The translations under genes were made by a program, and so were the position numbers. This document shows positions 41,961 through 52,026 of a DNA stretch of 64,000 bases, piece by piece. Source of the DNA: Bacteroidota bacterium (lineage in GTDB: Bacteria > Bacteroidota > Bacteroidia > NS11-12g > UBA955); NCBI GenBank assembly GCA_025354385.1, contig JANXMZ010000044.1, positions 1,069 through 65,068 of the forward strand. The letters run 5' to 3'. The stretch's first letter is position 1, and the number at the start of each line of letters is the position of its first letter. The notes beneath the pieces are model-generated. The model did no database searches. It had not been told where the DNA came from and was given only the letters and a program-made list of their open reading frames with translations.

Positions 41961-44072
41961 ATGAGAGAAAAAATAAATTTTATTAAACAACAAACCCAGC
42001 TATCAGAACGCGCTATACAAGCAGTTGTTAAGTTGAACGAAGAAGGTGCCACTGTGGCTTTTATAGCCCGTTATAGAAAAGATGCAACCGAGAATATGGA
42101 TGAGCTAGGGGTGTTGGATGTTATAAAATATGAAACGTATTACAATGATTTAATCAAACGCAAAGAATTTATTTTAGAAAGCATACTGGGGCAAGATAAA
42201 TTAACGCCTGAGTTGAAACAAAAAATAGAAACTTGTATGGACAAAGATGTGTTGGAAGATTTGTATTTGCCCTACAAGCAACGCAAGAAAACCAGAGCTG
42301 ATATTGCCCGTGAAAAAGGATTGGAGCCCTTAGCAAAAATAATTTTAGCGCAAAGAGAATCGGATGTTGAATATGCGGCACAGCGCTATGTAAATGCAAA
42401 AGTGAATGATGTTGATGAAGCCATACAAGGTGCTATGGACATTGTAGCGCAATGGATTGCAGATGATGCCGATACCCGCAGTCTATTGAGACAGCGATTC
42501 GAACAACATGCTTTTATAGAAACCAAAGTGGGCAAGGGTAAAGAAAAAGATGGCGAGAAATACAAAGACTATTTTAAATATTCTGAGAAAGCGGCCAATG
42601 CGCCATCACATCGTATCATGGCCATTATGCGAGCGACTGATGAAGGGATACTGAAATTGAATATAACGCCCGATGAGGATAGAACTTTAGAAGCCATCGA
42701 TTATAAATGGATCAAGCGCGGCAGTGCCACTGAGAATTATATGTTGGATATTACGAAGGATGCCTACAAAAGATTGTTGCAACCTTCGATAGAAAATGAA
42801 TTAAAACAAAAATTATTCGAAAAAGCAGAGGCTGATGCCATCAAAATATTTGCCGATAATTTGCAGCAATTGTTGTTGTCGTCTCCCTATGGTAACAAAC
42901 GCATTCTCTCTATCGATCCAGGCATTCGCACAGGTTGTAAAACGGTTTGTTTAAATGAGAATGGCAATTTGTTACACCACACTGTTTTATTTTTTAATAC
43001 CAACGATGAGCGCAATAGATCGGCCAAGCAGATACAAGAGTTGATGCACACATATAAACTAGAAGGCATAGCAGTGGGCAATGGCACAGCGGGTAGAGAT
43101 ACCGCAGATTTTATAAAAGGCTTAGGGTTAGATGCACCAGTTTTTTTAGTAAACGAAGATGGAGCTTCCGTCTATTCAGTTTCGGAAATTGCACGCAAAG
43201 AATTTCCCGACCATGATGTAACAGTGAAGGGCGCGGTGAGCATAGGCAGAAGGTTGATGGATCCATTAGCAGAGTTGGTGAAGATAGATGCCAAGAGCAT
43301 GGGTGTTGGGCAATATCAGCACGATGTGAACCAAACAAAATTGAAACAAGCCTTGGACGAAACGGTAGAAATTTGTGTGAACCGAGTGGGCGTAAATTTA
43401 AACACTGCAGGCGAAGAACTGTTGAAACATGTATCGGGATTGGGGCCGGTACTCGCTAAAAATATCATAGAACACCGAAACAAAAATGGGGAGTTTAAAT
43501 CGCGCGATGAATTAAAGAAAGTGGTGCGTTTGGGCGATAAAGCATTCGAACAATCGGCAGGGTTTTTAAGAGTGCCTGCGGGTAAAAATCCTTTGGATAG
43601 GAGTGGCGTTCACCCCGAGCAATATGCCAATGTGAAAAAGATGGCGGCTATGGCAGGCGTGGTGGTAGATGATTTAATTGGCAATGCGAACTTGATTAAG
43701 AAAGTTTCAGAGTTAACAGATATAAAAACACAGATGGGTGAATTTACCTTTAAAGATATTTTAAAAGAGTTAGAAAAGCCAGGCTTAGATCCAAGGGTGC
43801 CATTGAGTGAAGATGTATTTGATGCGGGTATAAGAAAAATGGAAGATTTGCAAGTGGGCATGACCATTAAAGGCATAGTGGCGAACATCACCAACTTCGG
43901 TGCTTTCATTGATATAGGCATTAAGCAGAGTGGTTTATTGCACATTTCCGAAATGGCCAATCATTTTATTAAGAGTCCTTCCGAAGTGGTAAAGCTAAAT
44001 CAACAACTCACTTTGAAAGTAAAAGAAATTGATTTCGAAAGGCAGCGCATTGCATTGACTTTGAAGTTTTAA
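41961..44072 (+). CDS. tex: Transcription accessory protein Tex (YqgF/HhH/S1 domains)
   Basis: 703 aa; N-terminal FIARYRK and a C-terminal S1 domain. Confidence 0.9.
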   Translation: MREKINFIKQQTQLSERAIQAVVKLNEEGATVAFIARYRKDATENMDELGVLDVIKYETYYNDLIKRKEFILESILGQDKLTPELKQKIETCMDKDVLEDLYLPYKQRKKTRADIAREKGLEPLAKIILAQRESDVEYAAQRYVNAKVNDVDEAIQGAMDIVAQWIADDADTRSLLRQRFEQHAFIETKVGKGKEKDGEKYKDYFKYSEKAANAPSHRIMAIMRATDEGILKLNITPDEDRTLEAIDYKWIKRGSATENYMLDITKDAYKRLLQPSIENELKQKLFEKAEADAIKIFADNLQQLLLSSPYGNKRILSIDPGIRTGCKTVCLNENGNLLHHTVLFFNTNDERNRSAKQIQELMHTYKLEGIAVGNGTAGRDTADFIKGLGLDAPVFLVNEDGASVYSVSEIARKEFPDHDVTVKGAVSIGRRLMDPLAELVKIDAKSMGVGQYQHDVNQTKLKQALDETVEICVNRVGVNLNTAGEELLKHVSGLGPVLAKNIIEHRNKNGEFKSRDELKKVVRLGDKAFEQSAGFLRVPAGKNPLDRSGVHPEQYANVKKMAAMAGVVVDDLIGNANLIKKVSELTDIKTQMGEFTFKDILKELEKPGLDPRVPLSEDVFDAGIRKMEDLQVGMTIKGIVANITNFGAFIDIGIKQSGLLHISEMANHFIKSPSEVVKLNQQLTLKVKEIDFERQRIALTLKF

Positions 44073-44087
44073 ATTAAATAAAAAAAG

Positions 44088-44558
44088 GTTGACAAAAAAC
44101 ATACCAATTGGTATGTTTTTAGAATTGTTTCAATATTTCCATTTTCTATTTTTATGTTTCACCTCTACCCCTTAGGGGTAGTATTTCTGTAACCGCGGGT
44201 CGCAGACCCTCGTCAAATATCAAATCGTGTCAATTTGTTTGGCGATTTTTTTGCTGTTCCCTCGCAAAAAAAATGACAAACACAATAAGCTAGAATACGA
44301 TAAATGAAATTGACTTTGAAAGAGCCTATAGCTTTGACTTTAAAATTTAAGTGTTTTGTTACTGTTTGAAAAAACAGACCATTCGGTATGTTATTAGAAT
44401 TGTTTCAATATTTCCATTTTCTATTTTTATATTTCACCTCTACCCCTTAGGGGTAGCATATCTGTCACCGCGGGTCGTAGACCCTCGTCAAATATCAAAT
44501 CCCGCCAAATAGTTTCGAGATTTTTTTGCGGTTCCCTTGCAAAAAAATGACAAACAAT
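44088..44558. repeat. Two tandem copies of a ~190-bp unit (about 88% identical) with conserved GC hairpins
   Basis: Copy A spans 44088-44283 and copy B 44369-44558. Both contain CTACCCCTTAGGGGTAG and GGGTCG(C/T)AGACCC. Confidence 0.75.
44094..44120. terminator. Bidirectional intrinsic terminator after tex
   Basis: AAAAAACATACCAATTGGTATGTTTTT is a perfect palindrome flanked by A and T runs. Confidence 0.6.
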
Positions 44559-45034
44559 TAGTTTTCATCAGGTGGTAATGGCATGTCTGGCGGGTATACT
44601 ATCTCCTTTCGCACTGGAACATTGTAATAGCCATTGTTATCGAAGGCTTTTTTTCTTAATTCCTTGTACTCGTATAGGCCACACTCAAACACTTCAACCA
44701 CAATAGTCTCGAATTTTTCTTTAGGCACATATCGAATACCACAATCGAAATAAAGTCGCAAAGTATCATGATTAAAAGAATAGACAAATGGGTCCAATCC
44801 CCTCACCGCATCAATGGTGTCCAAACTTTTAGTTAGTCTCTTTTTGTTTTTAGTAATAGTTGATAATTGATGGTCGCCAGTAACGCCCCAGTTAATTGTA
44901 TTGATATAGATTTTTTCACCCTTACTAGATACCAGTTCTCTTGAAATGACATCTTCAGTAATTTTAGGAAAGCATCCTGAAATAAGTGTAATTAGGATTG
45001 TTGCACTTATGCTGCAAAGAATTTTTAATCTCAT
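44558..45034 (-). CDS. Hypothetical lipoprotein
   Basis: Lipobox LISGC; 158 aa. Confidence 0.5.
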   Translation of the reverse strand: MRLKILCSISATILITLISGCFPKITEDVISRELVSSKGEKIYINTINWGVTGDHQLSTITKNKKRLTKSLDTIDAVRGLDPFVYSFNHDTLRLYFDCGIRYVPKEKFETIVVEVFECGLYEYKELRKKAFDNNGYYNVPVRKEIVYPPDMPLPPDEN

Positions 45035-45036
45035 AA

Positions 45037-45678
45037 TTAATGCGTCTTAAAATACTGCATATACTTCAAGCCCCTCGCACAGTAATCGGCATCGTACGTG
45101 CGCGGTCCGCCAATAGCAGGATGTGGCATGCCTGTGTTATGGATGTGAAAAGCATCCTTGTATTTCTCTTTTTTAAGGTATGGCCCATAGGTCATTTCAA
45201 TCCATTTGGTGCCATAGTAAACAGCATCTTCACCACGAATATCTTTCACCTTAATATCTAATAACAAGCACTTGTAACCCATGAGTTGAAAAGGTCCCCA
45301 ACTGCTGGCCAAATTCTTAAGTGCGTCATCATTAGCGTCTACCAACATGGCTTGCGTTACATGTTCATAATTTTCGAGGGTGCCGAACTTTACCATTTTT
45401 AATTTATCGTAAACATGAGGTTCTAATCGTTGGTCGAATACTTTTCTTCCGCCACATTCCAACATGCATAATGCCTTTAAATAATCAGGAGATAAATCAA
45501 ATAGTGCAGCGCAACTATCAATGTCCGACCCGTAATTTTTGCTTACCATTTCTAGGCCGCTTTTATGGTCTTCTACGTTGATATTTTTCTTTTGAAGGTA
45601 AGGAATTAAATATACCAAAACTGCTGTGGCGGTTGCTAAAATAAGAAACAGTATAAATAGGCCTTTCAGGTTTTTCAT
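45037..45678 (-). CDS. Hypothetical membrane-anchored protein, possibly lysozyme/N-acetylmuramidase-like
   Basis: N-terminal TM helix. The GPFQLMGY motif is reminiscent of muramidase/transglycosylase families, but the assignment is weak. Confidence 0.35.
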   Translation of the reverse strand: MKNLKGLFILFLILATATAVLVYLIPYLQKKNINVEDHKSGLEMVSKNYGSDIDSCAALFDLSPDYLKALCMLECGGRKVFDQRLEPHVYDKLKMVKFGTLENYEHVTQAMLVDANDDALKNLASSWGPFQLMGYKCLLLDIKVKDIRGEDAVYYGTKWIEMTYGPYLKKEKYKDAFHIHNTGMPHPAIGGPRTYDADYCARGLKYMQYFKTH

Positions 45679-45753
45679 TTACAAAATACGAAAGTAAATT
45701 AAACGAAGTGAATAGGCAAGAGTTGTAAAATGGCTTTGAGCTGCATGTGTAAT

Positions 45754-47121
45754 TTAATTTTTATTTAATTCTATCTTCTCATCACCTTTTTGATAAGGCA
45801 TATAAGTAATAATAAACTGCAACATCTCATCGGTGGTTCGCATACTAGCACCTCCATGGTCATTGCGCTCACCTATTAATCGTGGAGGAGTGAAGGGATT
45901 GTTAGGATTGTTTTTGGTATTGTCAAATTCAGATTCTACCCGAATAATACTGCCTTTTGGAATCTTAATAGGGTTGGTAAATGTATAAAAATATTGCCAT
46001 CTGAATTGCCATTTTGGAATGCTAATCAAACGAATCGTATCGCCATTGGGTTTCAATGCATAGGCTTTAAATTGAGTGCCTATTAAATGCATGTGTGGGT
46101 TAATTGTAAGGATAGAAATATCGTTGTAAATGGTGATTTCTGTGGTGTGTTTTGAAATGGTATTAGGTTGAATTTGCAACGGGGGAACAATAGGTGCAAT
46201 ACCGTTAGTGCCTAGCATAATCTCGTAGGTTGGTCGCTCTGGCTTTTTATTAGCAAAATAGACATACAGTTTAGAACTATCCATCATTTGTTTTCTGCTT
46301 GGACCATAATGTATATCATTGGCTACAAAAGTGCCATTTACACTCAGTAAAAAGCCGCCAATACCTTCGGGATATTTTACACCAAAACTGCTTGGTAAAT
46401 AATTAAACGCTGAATGCACACGCTCTGGTTTATTGCCATTGGCATTTAGTAATTTCAAAGCATCAAATTCAGATTCAAAATTAGGGTCGTTGGTTTCTAT
46501 TATTCGTTTGCCATCAAAAGGATTTGTGTGTCCATCATACAACAATAAATGGCCGTTAGCATGGTGCACAATGTTTGGCTGTCCTGCCATAAATTCAACT
46601 GCTTTTACATATTGCGGCTTTTTTAATTGGTAAGGAATTTTAATGATATAAAAACGGTCTGAATTATCATTTAAAATTTGAACAGGTGGTACTGGTATAA
46701 TTAAATCGGGCGTTCCCAAAACAGAAATTTTTGCATTATATACGGGTGGTTTTAAATCGGTGGTATCTCCTGGTGCTTTACCATTCTTAAACCAATCTTG
46801 TATTAATTGAATCTCATTTTCATTCAGTGTTTTTTCATTGATAAAATGCGTGTAGTTTTTGTCAGCAGGCCATGGTGGCATGTAATGGGTACGCGTTACA
46901 AAAGCAATCATTTTAGCGCGCTGTGCAACATCGCTGTAGGTTAAAAATGTGAAAGGCGCACCTCCATTTTGACTATGGCAAGGGGTACAATTTTTGTAAA
47001 TAATGGGGGCAATGTTTTTAGAAAAAGTAATGTCTTTTTTTGAACATGAATAAAAACCAAAGCTAATCATGCTCAATAAAGCAACCCACAGGTTCGGTTT
47101 CGCTAATCTCAATGGTTTCAT
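45754..47121 (-). CDS. Lipoprotein with N-terminal haem-binding CxxCH (cytochrome c-like) domain and C-terminal His/Met-rich domain
   Basis: Lipobox FYSC, CTPCH at aa 45-49 followed by HYMPPW, and HH / HxH / Met clusters downstream. Confidence 0.55.
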   Translation of the reverse strand: MKPLRLAKPNLWVALLSMISFGFYSCSKKDITFSKNIAPIIYKNCTPCHSQNGGAPFTFLTYSDVAQRAKMIAFVTRTHYMPPWPADKNYTHFINEKTLNENEIQLIQDWFKNGKAPGDTTDLKPPVYNAKISVLGTPDLIIPVPPVQILNDNSDRFYIIKIPYQLKKPQYVKAVEFMAGQPNIVHHANGHLLLYDGHTNPFDGKRIIETNDPNFESEFDALKLLNANGNKPERVHSAFNYLPSSFGVKYPEGIGGFLLSVNGTFVANDIHYGPSRKQMMDSSKLYVYFANKKPERPTYEIMLGTNGIAPIVPPLQIQPNTISKHTTEITIYNDISILTINPHMHLIGTQFKAYALKPNGDTIRLISIPKWQFRWQYFYTFTNPIKIPKGSIIRVESEFDNTKNNPNNPFTPPRLIGERNDHGGASMRTTDEMLQFIITYMPYQKGDEKIELNKN

Positions 47122-47623
47122 GATTAAGCAACGAAATTAAGGCATTCTCAATATAATTAATACTCGCATTTGGTTTAAATGAACCAAGACTCTCAAAACG
47201 GTCATCAATTTTGCCTGAATACAATTGTTTAAAGTCCTTAGAAAGGATAATTACTTGAGGTGTAACTTTTGCTCCAAAAGATTTGGCATAAAAACCTTGT
47301 AGATCCATGATAACGTTTTTATAAGGAATAGAATCGTAGTCACAAAAATCCAGAATGTTTTTTTCAGTTATTGGTCCGGAAAAGACATAATAGAAATTAA
47401 ATTTATCATTAAATTTTGTAAATATTGTTTTTAAACTTCCTTGATATTTTTGACAAATAGGGCATTCGGTATTCAGAAAATAGATGACTGCCGTTTTGTT
47501 GAACACAATGTCATTCGCAAAATATTTAGAGTGAATTATTGGTGGTTTTTTAGGCAGCTGTTGACAACTTAAAAGAAATAAAAAACACCAAAATAAATAC
47601 TTCCCTTGTTTCATTTTTATCAA
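47063..47623 (-). CDS. Thioredoxin-fold redoxin lipoprotein (CPIC active site)
   Basis: Lipobox LLSC, TECPICQKY; 186 aa. Confidence 0.6.
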   Translation of the reverse strand: MIKMKQGKYLFWCFLFLLSCQQLPKKPPIIHSKYFANDIVFNKTAVIYFLNTECPICQKYQGSLKTIFTKFNDKFNFYYVFSGPITEKNILDFCDYDSIPYKNVIMDLQGFYAKSFGAKVTPQVIILSKDFKQLYSGKIDDRFESLGSFKPNASINYIENALISLLNHETIEISETEPVGCFIEHD

Positions 47624-47700
47624 GGCGAAGATAAGTAATCACAGGGAATTTAAAAGAACGATTAAACCTTTTGGCACGATGTTAGTCTTATAAGAGAAAA

Positions 47701-48261
47701 TTGCAAAACACCGAAGCACTAAACGACCATGAATTGATGTTGGCATTTGTTAAAGAACAAAAGCCTGAATATTTATTTAGGGTTATTATGGGTCGATATA
47801 AACAGAAAGTTTATTGGCAAATAAGACGCATCCTTATTAGCCATGAAGATGCCGACGAAGTTTGCCAAATTGTATTTATTAAATTGTGGCAGAATGCAGG
47901 CTCTTTTCAATTCAATAGTGCTTTGAGCAGTTTTATATACCGCATGGCTTATAACGAAAGCATGACTTTTCTAAAACAAAAAAGCAGGTTTCAATCCTTT
48001 GATGAAATGTTGGATGCCGATGGACATTATGAGCAAATGATAGAACAAGGGGCTGGAATGGATGGCGACCAAATAGCAGCGGAATTACAGAAGGCATTAT
48101 TAACTTTGCCCGAAAAACAAAGATTGGTATTTAATTATAAGTATTTTGAAGAATTGCAATACAATGAAATTAGCGAAATAACAGGCACCTCAATTGGTGC
48201 GCTCAAGAGTAATTATCATTTTGCAGTAGAAAAAATTAAAAAATATTTTAACCTCGATTAA
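47701..48261 (+). CDS. ECF-subfamily RNA polymerase sigma-70 factor
   Basis: Sigma region 2 (FIKLWQNAGSF...YRMAYNESMTFLK) and region 4 (QYNEISEITGTSIGALKS). Confidence 0.8.
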   Translation: MQNTEALNDHELMLAFVKEQKPEYLFRVIMGRYKQKVYWQIRRILISHEDADEVCQIVFIKLWQNAGSFQFNSALSSFIYRMAYNESMTFLKQKSRFQSFDEMLDADGHYEQMIEQGAGMDGDQIAAELQKALLTLPEKQRLVFNYKYFEELQYNEISEITGTSIGALKSNYHFAVEKIKKYFNLD

Positions 48262-48289
48262 ACCTTTACACATTTAAATAGTCATACCA

Positions 48290-48742
48290 ATGGAAGGCAT
48301 GGAAAAAGAATCTTTACACGAACAATTTAAACACAATGGATTCAAAGTACCCGAAAATTACTTTGAAGCGTTGGAGGAACGTGTAATAAAACATCTTCCG
48401 AAAGAAGATAAGCGAAGGGCTTTGCCAAAGTGGAAGCATTGGAGCATTGCTGCTTCTCTCTTCATTGCTGCGGGTTTAGGTGCCTTTTATTTTATGAGTA
48501 GGAAGGATGAGGTAATAGATATTGCAACGGCCAGCATTAGTACTTCAGAATTGGAAGAGTATGAAAATAATGTTGAAGTTAGTGATGATGAATTAGCAGA
48601 TATTGTTTCACTGCAATTGATAGACAGTTTATACCAAACCAGGGTGATTTCTGCAAAAAGTAAGAGTCGTGAGCATCAAAAGGAAATCGAAAGTATTGAA
48701 GAAGAATACTCGCCTTTGGACGATGTAGAAATAGAAATTTAA
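48290..48742 (+). CDS. Putative anti-sigma factor (single-pass membrane protein)
   Basis: 150 aa with a central TM helix, immediately downstream of the ECF sigma gene. Confidence 0.5.
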   Translation: MEGMEKESLHEQFKHNGFKVPENYFEALEERVIKHLPKEDKRRALPKWKHWSIAASLFIAAGLGAFYFMSRKDEVIDIATASISTSELEEYENNVEVSDDELADIVSLQLIDSLYQTRVISAKSKSREHQKEIESIEEEYSPLDDVEIEI

Positions 48743-48761
48743 ACAACCAATAACCAAATAT

Positions 48762-49259
48762 ATGAATAAGCAAATAATAACATTCGCCATTGGATTATGC
48801 CTTTTAATGGGCGCTCAAGGGGCATGCGCACAAGGCCGTGGGGGCACTAAGAACAAGGTAGAAAAGGAAGCTAAAATAAATGAATTGAGAGTGGCTTATT
48901 TTAACGATAAATTAGCGCTTACCGATGCAGAACAAAAAGCATTTTGGCCTTTGTACGATGAGTATAAAAGCAAAGACAAAGCACTGCGCGATTCATTCCA
49001 AAGAAAATACAAAAGAAATGAAGTAGTATTTATGGATGATAAAAAATCAGAAGAATATCTAAATGCTTTACTCAAATTAAAAGACGATGAGAATGCTTTG
49101 TACAGAGAGTATATAGGTAAATTTAAAAAGGTACTACCTGTCAAAAAAGTAGCCATGTTGCCAACTTTGGAAAAGGAATTTAAAAAGGAAATCTTACAAA
49201 AGATGATGCAACATAAGAGGGATGGCAATCAAAATCCACCGCCACCATCAGATGAATAA
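48762..49259 (+). CDS. Periplasmic Spy/CpxP-like stress protein
   Basis: Signal peptide plus LTDAEQKAFWPLYDEY-type motifs and a charged C-terminal tail. Confidence 0.5.
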   Translation: MNKQIITFAIGLCLLMGAQGACAQGRGGTKNKVEKEAKINELRVAYFNDKLALTDAEQKAFWPLYDEYKSKDKALRDSFQRKYKRNEVVFMDDKKSEEYLNALLKLKDDENALYREYIGKFKKVLPVKKVAMLPTLEKEFKKEILQKMMQHKRDGNQNPPPPSDE

Positions 49260-49285
49260 TGTGCGAAATATTCTCTATTAAAAAT

Positions 49286-49320
49286 AAAAAATGCCTAGCT
49301 AGTTGCTGGGCATTTTTTAT
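49286..49320. terminator. Bidirectional intrinsic terminator between convergent genes
   Basis: AAAAAATGCCTAGC / GCTGGGCATTTTTT stem with a TAGTT loop, flanked by A and T tracts. Confidence 0.6.
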
Positions 49321-49337
49321 TGAAAGACATTAAGTTT

Positions 49338-52001
49338 TTATTCTACTGTGATTAATTGAGAATATAAGCCATTAACCAGCACAAGATACAAACCAGGTCG
49401 CGCATTTATTAATTCCGCTTCCATATTTAACCGTCCTAAACCGGTATCCATGTTCCAAATACTTTTGCCATTCAAGTCAAATATTTGCATTTGCTCAATG
49501 CCATTAGAAAACGTCACTGTAAAACAACCCTTGTTAGGATTAGGATATACATTAAGTGAATTTGGTTTTGACTGAAAAGTAGTTTGAAAAGATGAATTTT
49601 TAGGTTCGGTAATAAAATGCCAAGCGCTAGAATCAATGCCATTAAAAGCGGTATTCATAGAGTCTGTAATTAAGTCGGGCTTTAGCCAAACAGATATGCG
49701 TTTATTGTGACCAAAATCGCTGTCAATATCGAAGGTTATATTACTTCCAGTTATTGTAGTTCTTGGTCCATTCAATTCAATAGAATCTTTGAATACATTG
49801 TTCTCGAATACCAATAGGCTTCCTTTTTTACCCAGTGAAATGTTGCGGTCGAAATCTATGCTTAAGCTACTATTTACCAAAATGTTTTTGGCGTTGTTGG
49901 CTGGTGTTAATTTAATGGCTGTTGGCAAACTAATGGTTTTAAAATACCAATCACCAAATACTACAGGATTAATAGCAATGCCATTCTCGTTGATCAAACA
50001 AGCATCTAACTCTATTACTATCGTCGCATTGTATGCAAAATTAGAGGAAGGATGTATGGTGATAATATTTCCACTGATGCCAACATTGCTATCCGTTACA
50101 GAAAATTTCTCTTTGAATAAACTGTTCTCCCAAATGGTAATTTGTCCGCTACCCGCTTTGATGTTTTCAGAAAATTCAAGTTGTGGTGAAAAATTAACCG
50201 CCACATTTTTACTGAGAGTAACTGGAATATAAGTGGTAATTTTAGGTTGAGAAACAGAGGTGGAAAAATACCAAAGTGACGAGTCTTGAACTTTACTTAA
50301 ATTATCTGATGAATCTCTGAAACCTTGGGCAAATATTTTAACCGCTATCCTTGAATTGATGTTGAAGGACTGGTGCTGAATAGTAACACTGTCATTGTGA
50401 ATTTTAACATTTACGCTAGGAATTAAAATGGTTTGGAACAGGGCATTGTTTTGGTAAATTTCTATCTTGCCAGATTTGGCTATAACAGCTTCATCAAAAA
50501 TAATTTTAAGTGGGTTGACTAGATTGACTGATACATCATTTTTTGCTGGTACCAGTGTTTTTATCTTTGGAGGATTTGTTTCGTAGGTACACGAATAAAT
50601 GTAAGAATTCTTTTCAATGGTGCCGTATGAAGTAAGGTTTTTATTCTTAAACGCTGCGTAGGTGTTGGGGTAAAAAACACAACGGAAAACGGAGTTGTTA
50701 TTTGGAGCATCTCCATCCTTTTGTCTGTCCGCTCCATTAGAGGGGTTTTTGTATTCCCAAACAGTCTTTTTATTAGCGTTTATTTCAAAAAAACGACCCT
50801 GAACACCACTGCAAATTAAAGTGTTACCATTCGGTAACCTTTGGGTACCTGAAATAATTTGTGAGTAAAAACGGGTTGGAATAGAATCCTTATAAATCCA
50901 ACTTTGTTTTGAAGGTCCAAAGGGAAGCGTGGTATTATAAGAACCATTTGGATAAATTGGCGTTGAAATGATGTCTATAGAAGAGTATGCAGTATCTCGC
51001 TCCCACCCATTGTTAAATAAAATTATACTGCCAGAGTCTTTAAATCCACCAGGAATCCAAGTGGCATTGTGTTGTCTAAATAGCTTTCTGTCTTGAGGAG
51101 TTCCTTGGTTGTAAGCTTGAGGATTGCCCCAACGGTATAAAAAATCGCCTCCTTTTCCATATTTACCACCACTATGAGATTTGGCTTGGGCCTTTGAAGT
51201 GCCGTGGTCTATCACCCATATTTCTGAAATATTATGACAACTCATTACTATTTGATCCAAGCTCGGATTATAGTCGATACCATTCATGTGAATCCAATCG
51301 TGGGTCTTTAAATTAAGTGCGTAATTAATATTCAATAAACCAGGGTTTAAACTGACATTGCCAAAATTAGGTTTAGTAGAATCTTGGTCTTGCACTATAT
51401 GATCAAATAAATTCCATTGCCATACAATATCCGCGCTATCTTTACCTCTAGGTTTCAATTCTATTAATCGTTCGCCCCATAAGTCATTTTGACCATTGCC
51501 AAAGTTCACCGCATTTCTGCCCAAGGCCATAGCGCTTGTTTTTGAAATTGAATGCCAAGTCATTACCATAACATTGCCATTAGGCATTGGATGTATATCG
51601 TGGTGTTGACAAAGTGAATCTGTGAAAATTACATAACTCCAAACTACTTTTCCATCCCAATCTAATTCTTCTATAACACCACCTCTTCCACCAGCACCTC
51701 CAAAGGTAGTGTCGGAATAAGTCCCAGTTTTTAATAAATGTCCATTGGCTAATAAATAGACAGATAAGCCAGGTGTATATTGGCTATACCATGTATGAAC
51801 CTTCTGCCCACATTTATTAATTAGGAAAGTGGTATCTGAACCTAAAGGTGTAAATAAAACATATCCGTCTTCCATCCCTCCACTTAAGTGTTTGGTAAGA
51901 CCAACAGTTTTCTGTTGAGCAAATACTTCATTGCTAAAGATGCTTAAAAATATTAAAAGAATGAAGATGTTTAATATAGGAAGATTCTTTGCGAAGCTCA
52001 T
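49338..52001 (-). CDS. Arylsulfotransferase (ASST)-like beta-propeller protein with Ig-like repeats and T9SS type A sorting domain
   Basis: 887 aa. Signal peptide, motifs HHDIHPMPNGN and DWIHMNGIDYN, and C-terminal VYPNPNKG...GLYLV. Confidence 0.65.
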   Translation of the reverse strand: MSFAKNLPILNIFILLIFLSIFSNEVFAQQKTVGLTKHLSGGMEDGYVLFTPLGSDTTFLINKCGQKVHTWYSQYTPGLSVYLLANGHLLKTGTYSDTTFGGAGGRGGVIEELDWDGKVVWSYVIFTDSLCQHHDIHPMPNGNVMVMTWHSISKTSAMALGRNAVNFGNGQNDLWGERLIELKPRGKDSADIVWQWNLFDHIVQDQDSTKPNFGNVSLNPGLLNINYALNLKTHDWIHMNGIDYNPSLDQIVMSCHNISEIWVIDHGTSKAQAKSHSGGKYGKGGDFLYRWGNPQAYNQGTPQDRKLFRQHNATWIPGGFKDSGSIILFNNGWERDTAYSSIDIISTPIYPNGSYNTTLPFGPSKQSWIYKDSIPTRFYSQIISGTQRLPNGNTLICSGVQGRFFEINANKKTVWEYKNPSNGADRQKDGDAPNNNSVFRCVFYPNTYAAFKNKNLTSYGTIEKNSYIYSCTYETNPPKIKTLVPAKNDVSVNLVNPLKIIFDEAVIAKSGKIEIYQNNALFQTILIPSVNVKIHNDSVTIQHQSFNINSRIAVKIFAQGFRDSSDNLSKVQDSSLWYFSTSVSQPKITTYIPVTLSKNVAVNFSPQLEFSENIKAGSGQITIWENSLFKEKFSVTDSNVGISGNIITIHPSSNFAYNATIVIELDACLINENGIAINPVVFGDWYFKTISLPTAIKLTPANNAKNILVNSSLSIDFDRNISLGKKGSLLVFENNVFKDSIELNGPRTTITGSNITFDIDSDFGHNKRISVWLKPDLITDSMNTAFNGIDSSAWHFITEPKNSSFQTTFQSKPNSLNVYPNPNKGCFTVTFSNGIEQMQIFDLNGKSIWNMDTGLGRLNMEAELINARPGLYLVLVNGLYSQLITVE

Positions 52002-52026
52002 TAAGGTTTTTGAATAAGAAGAAGGG

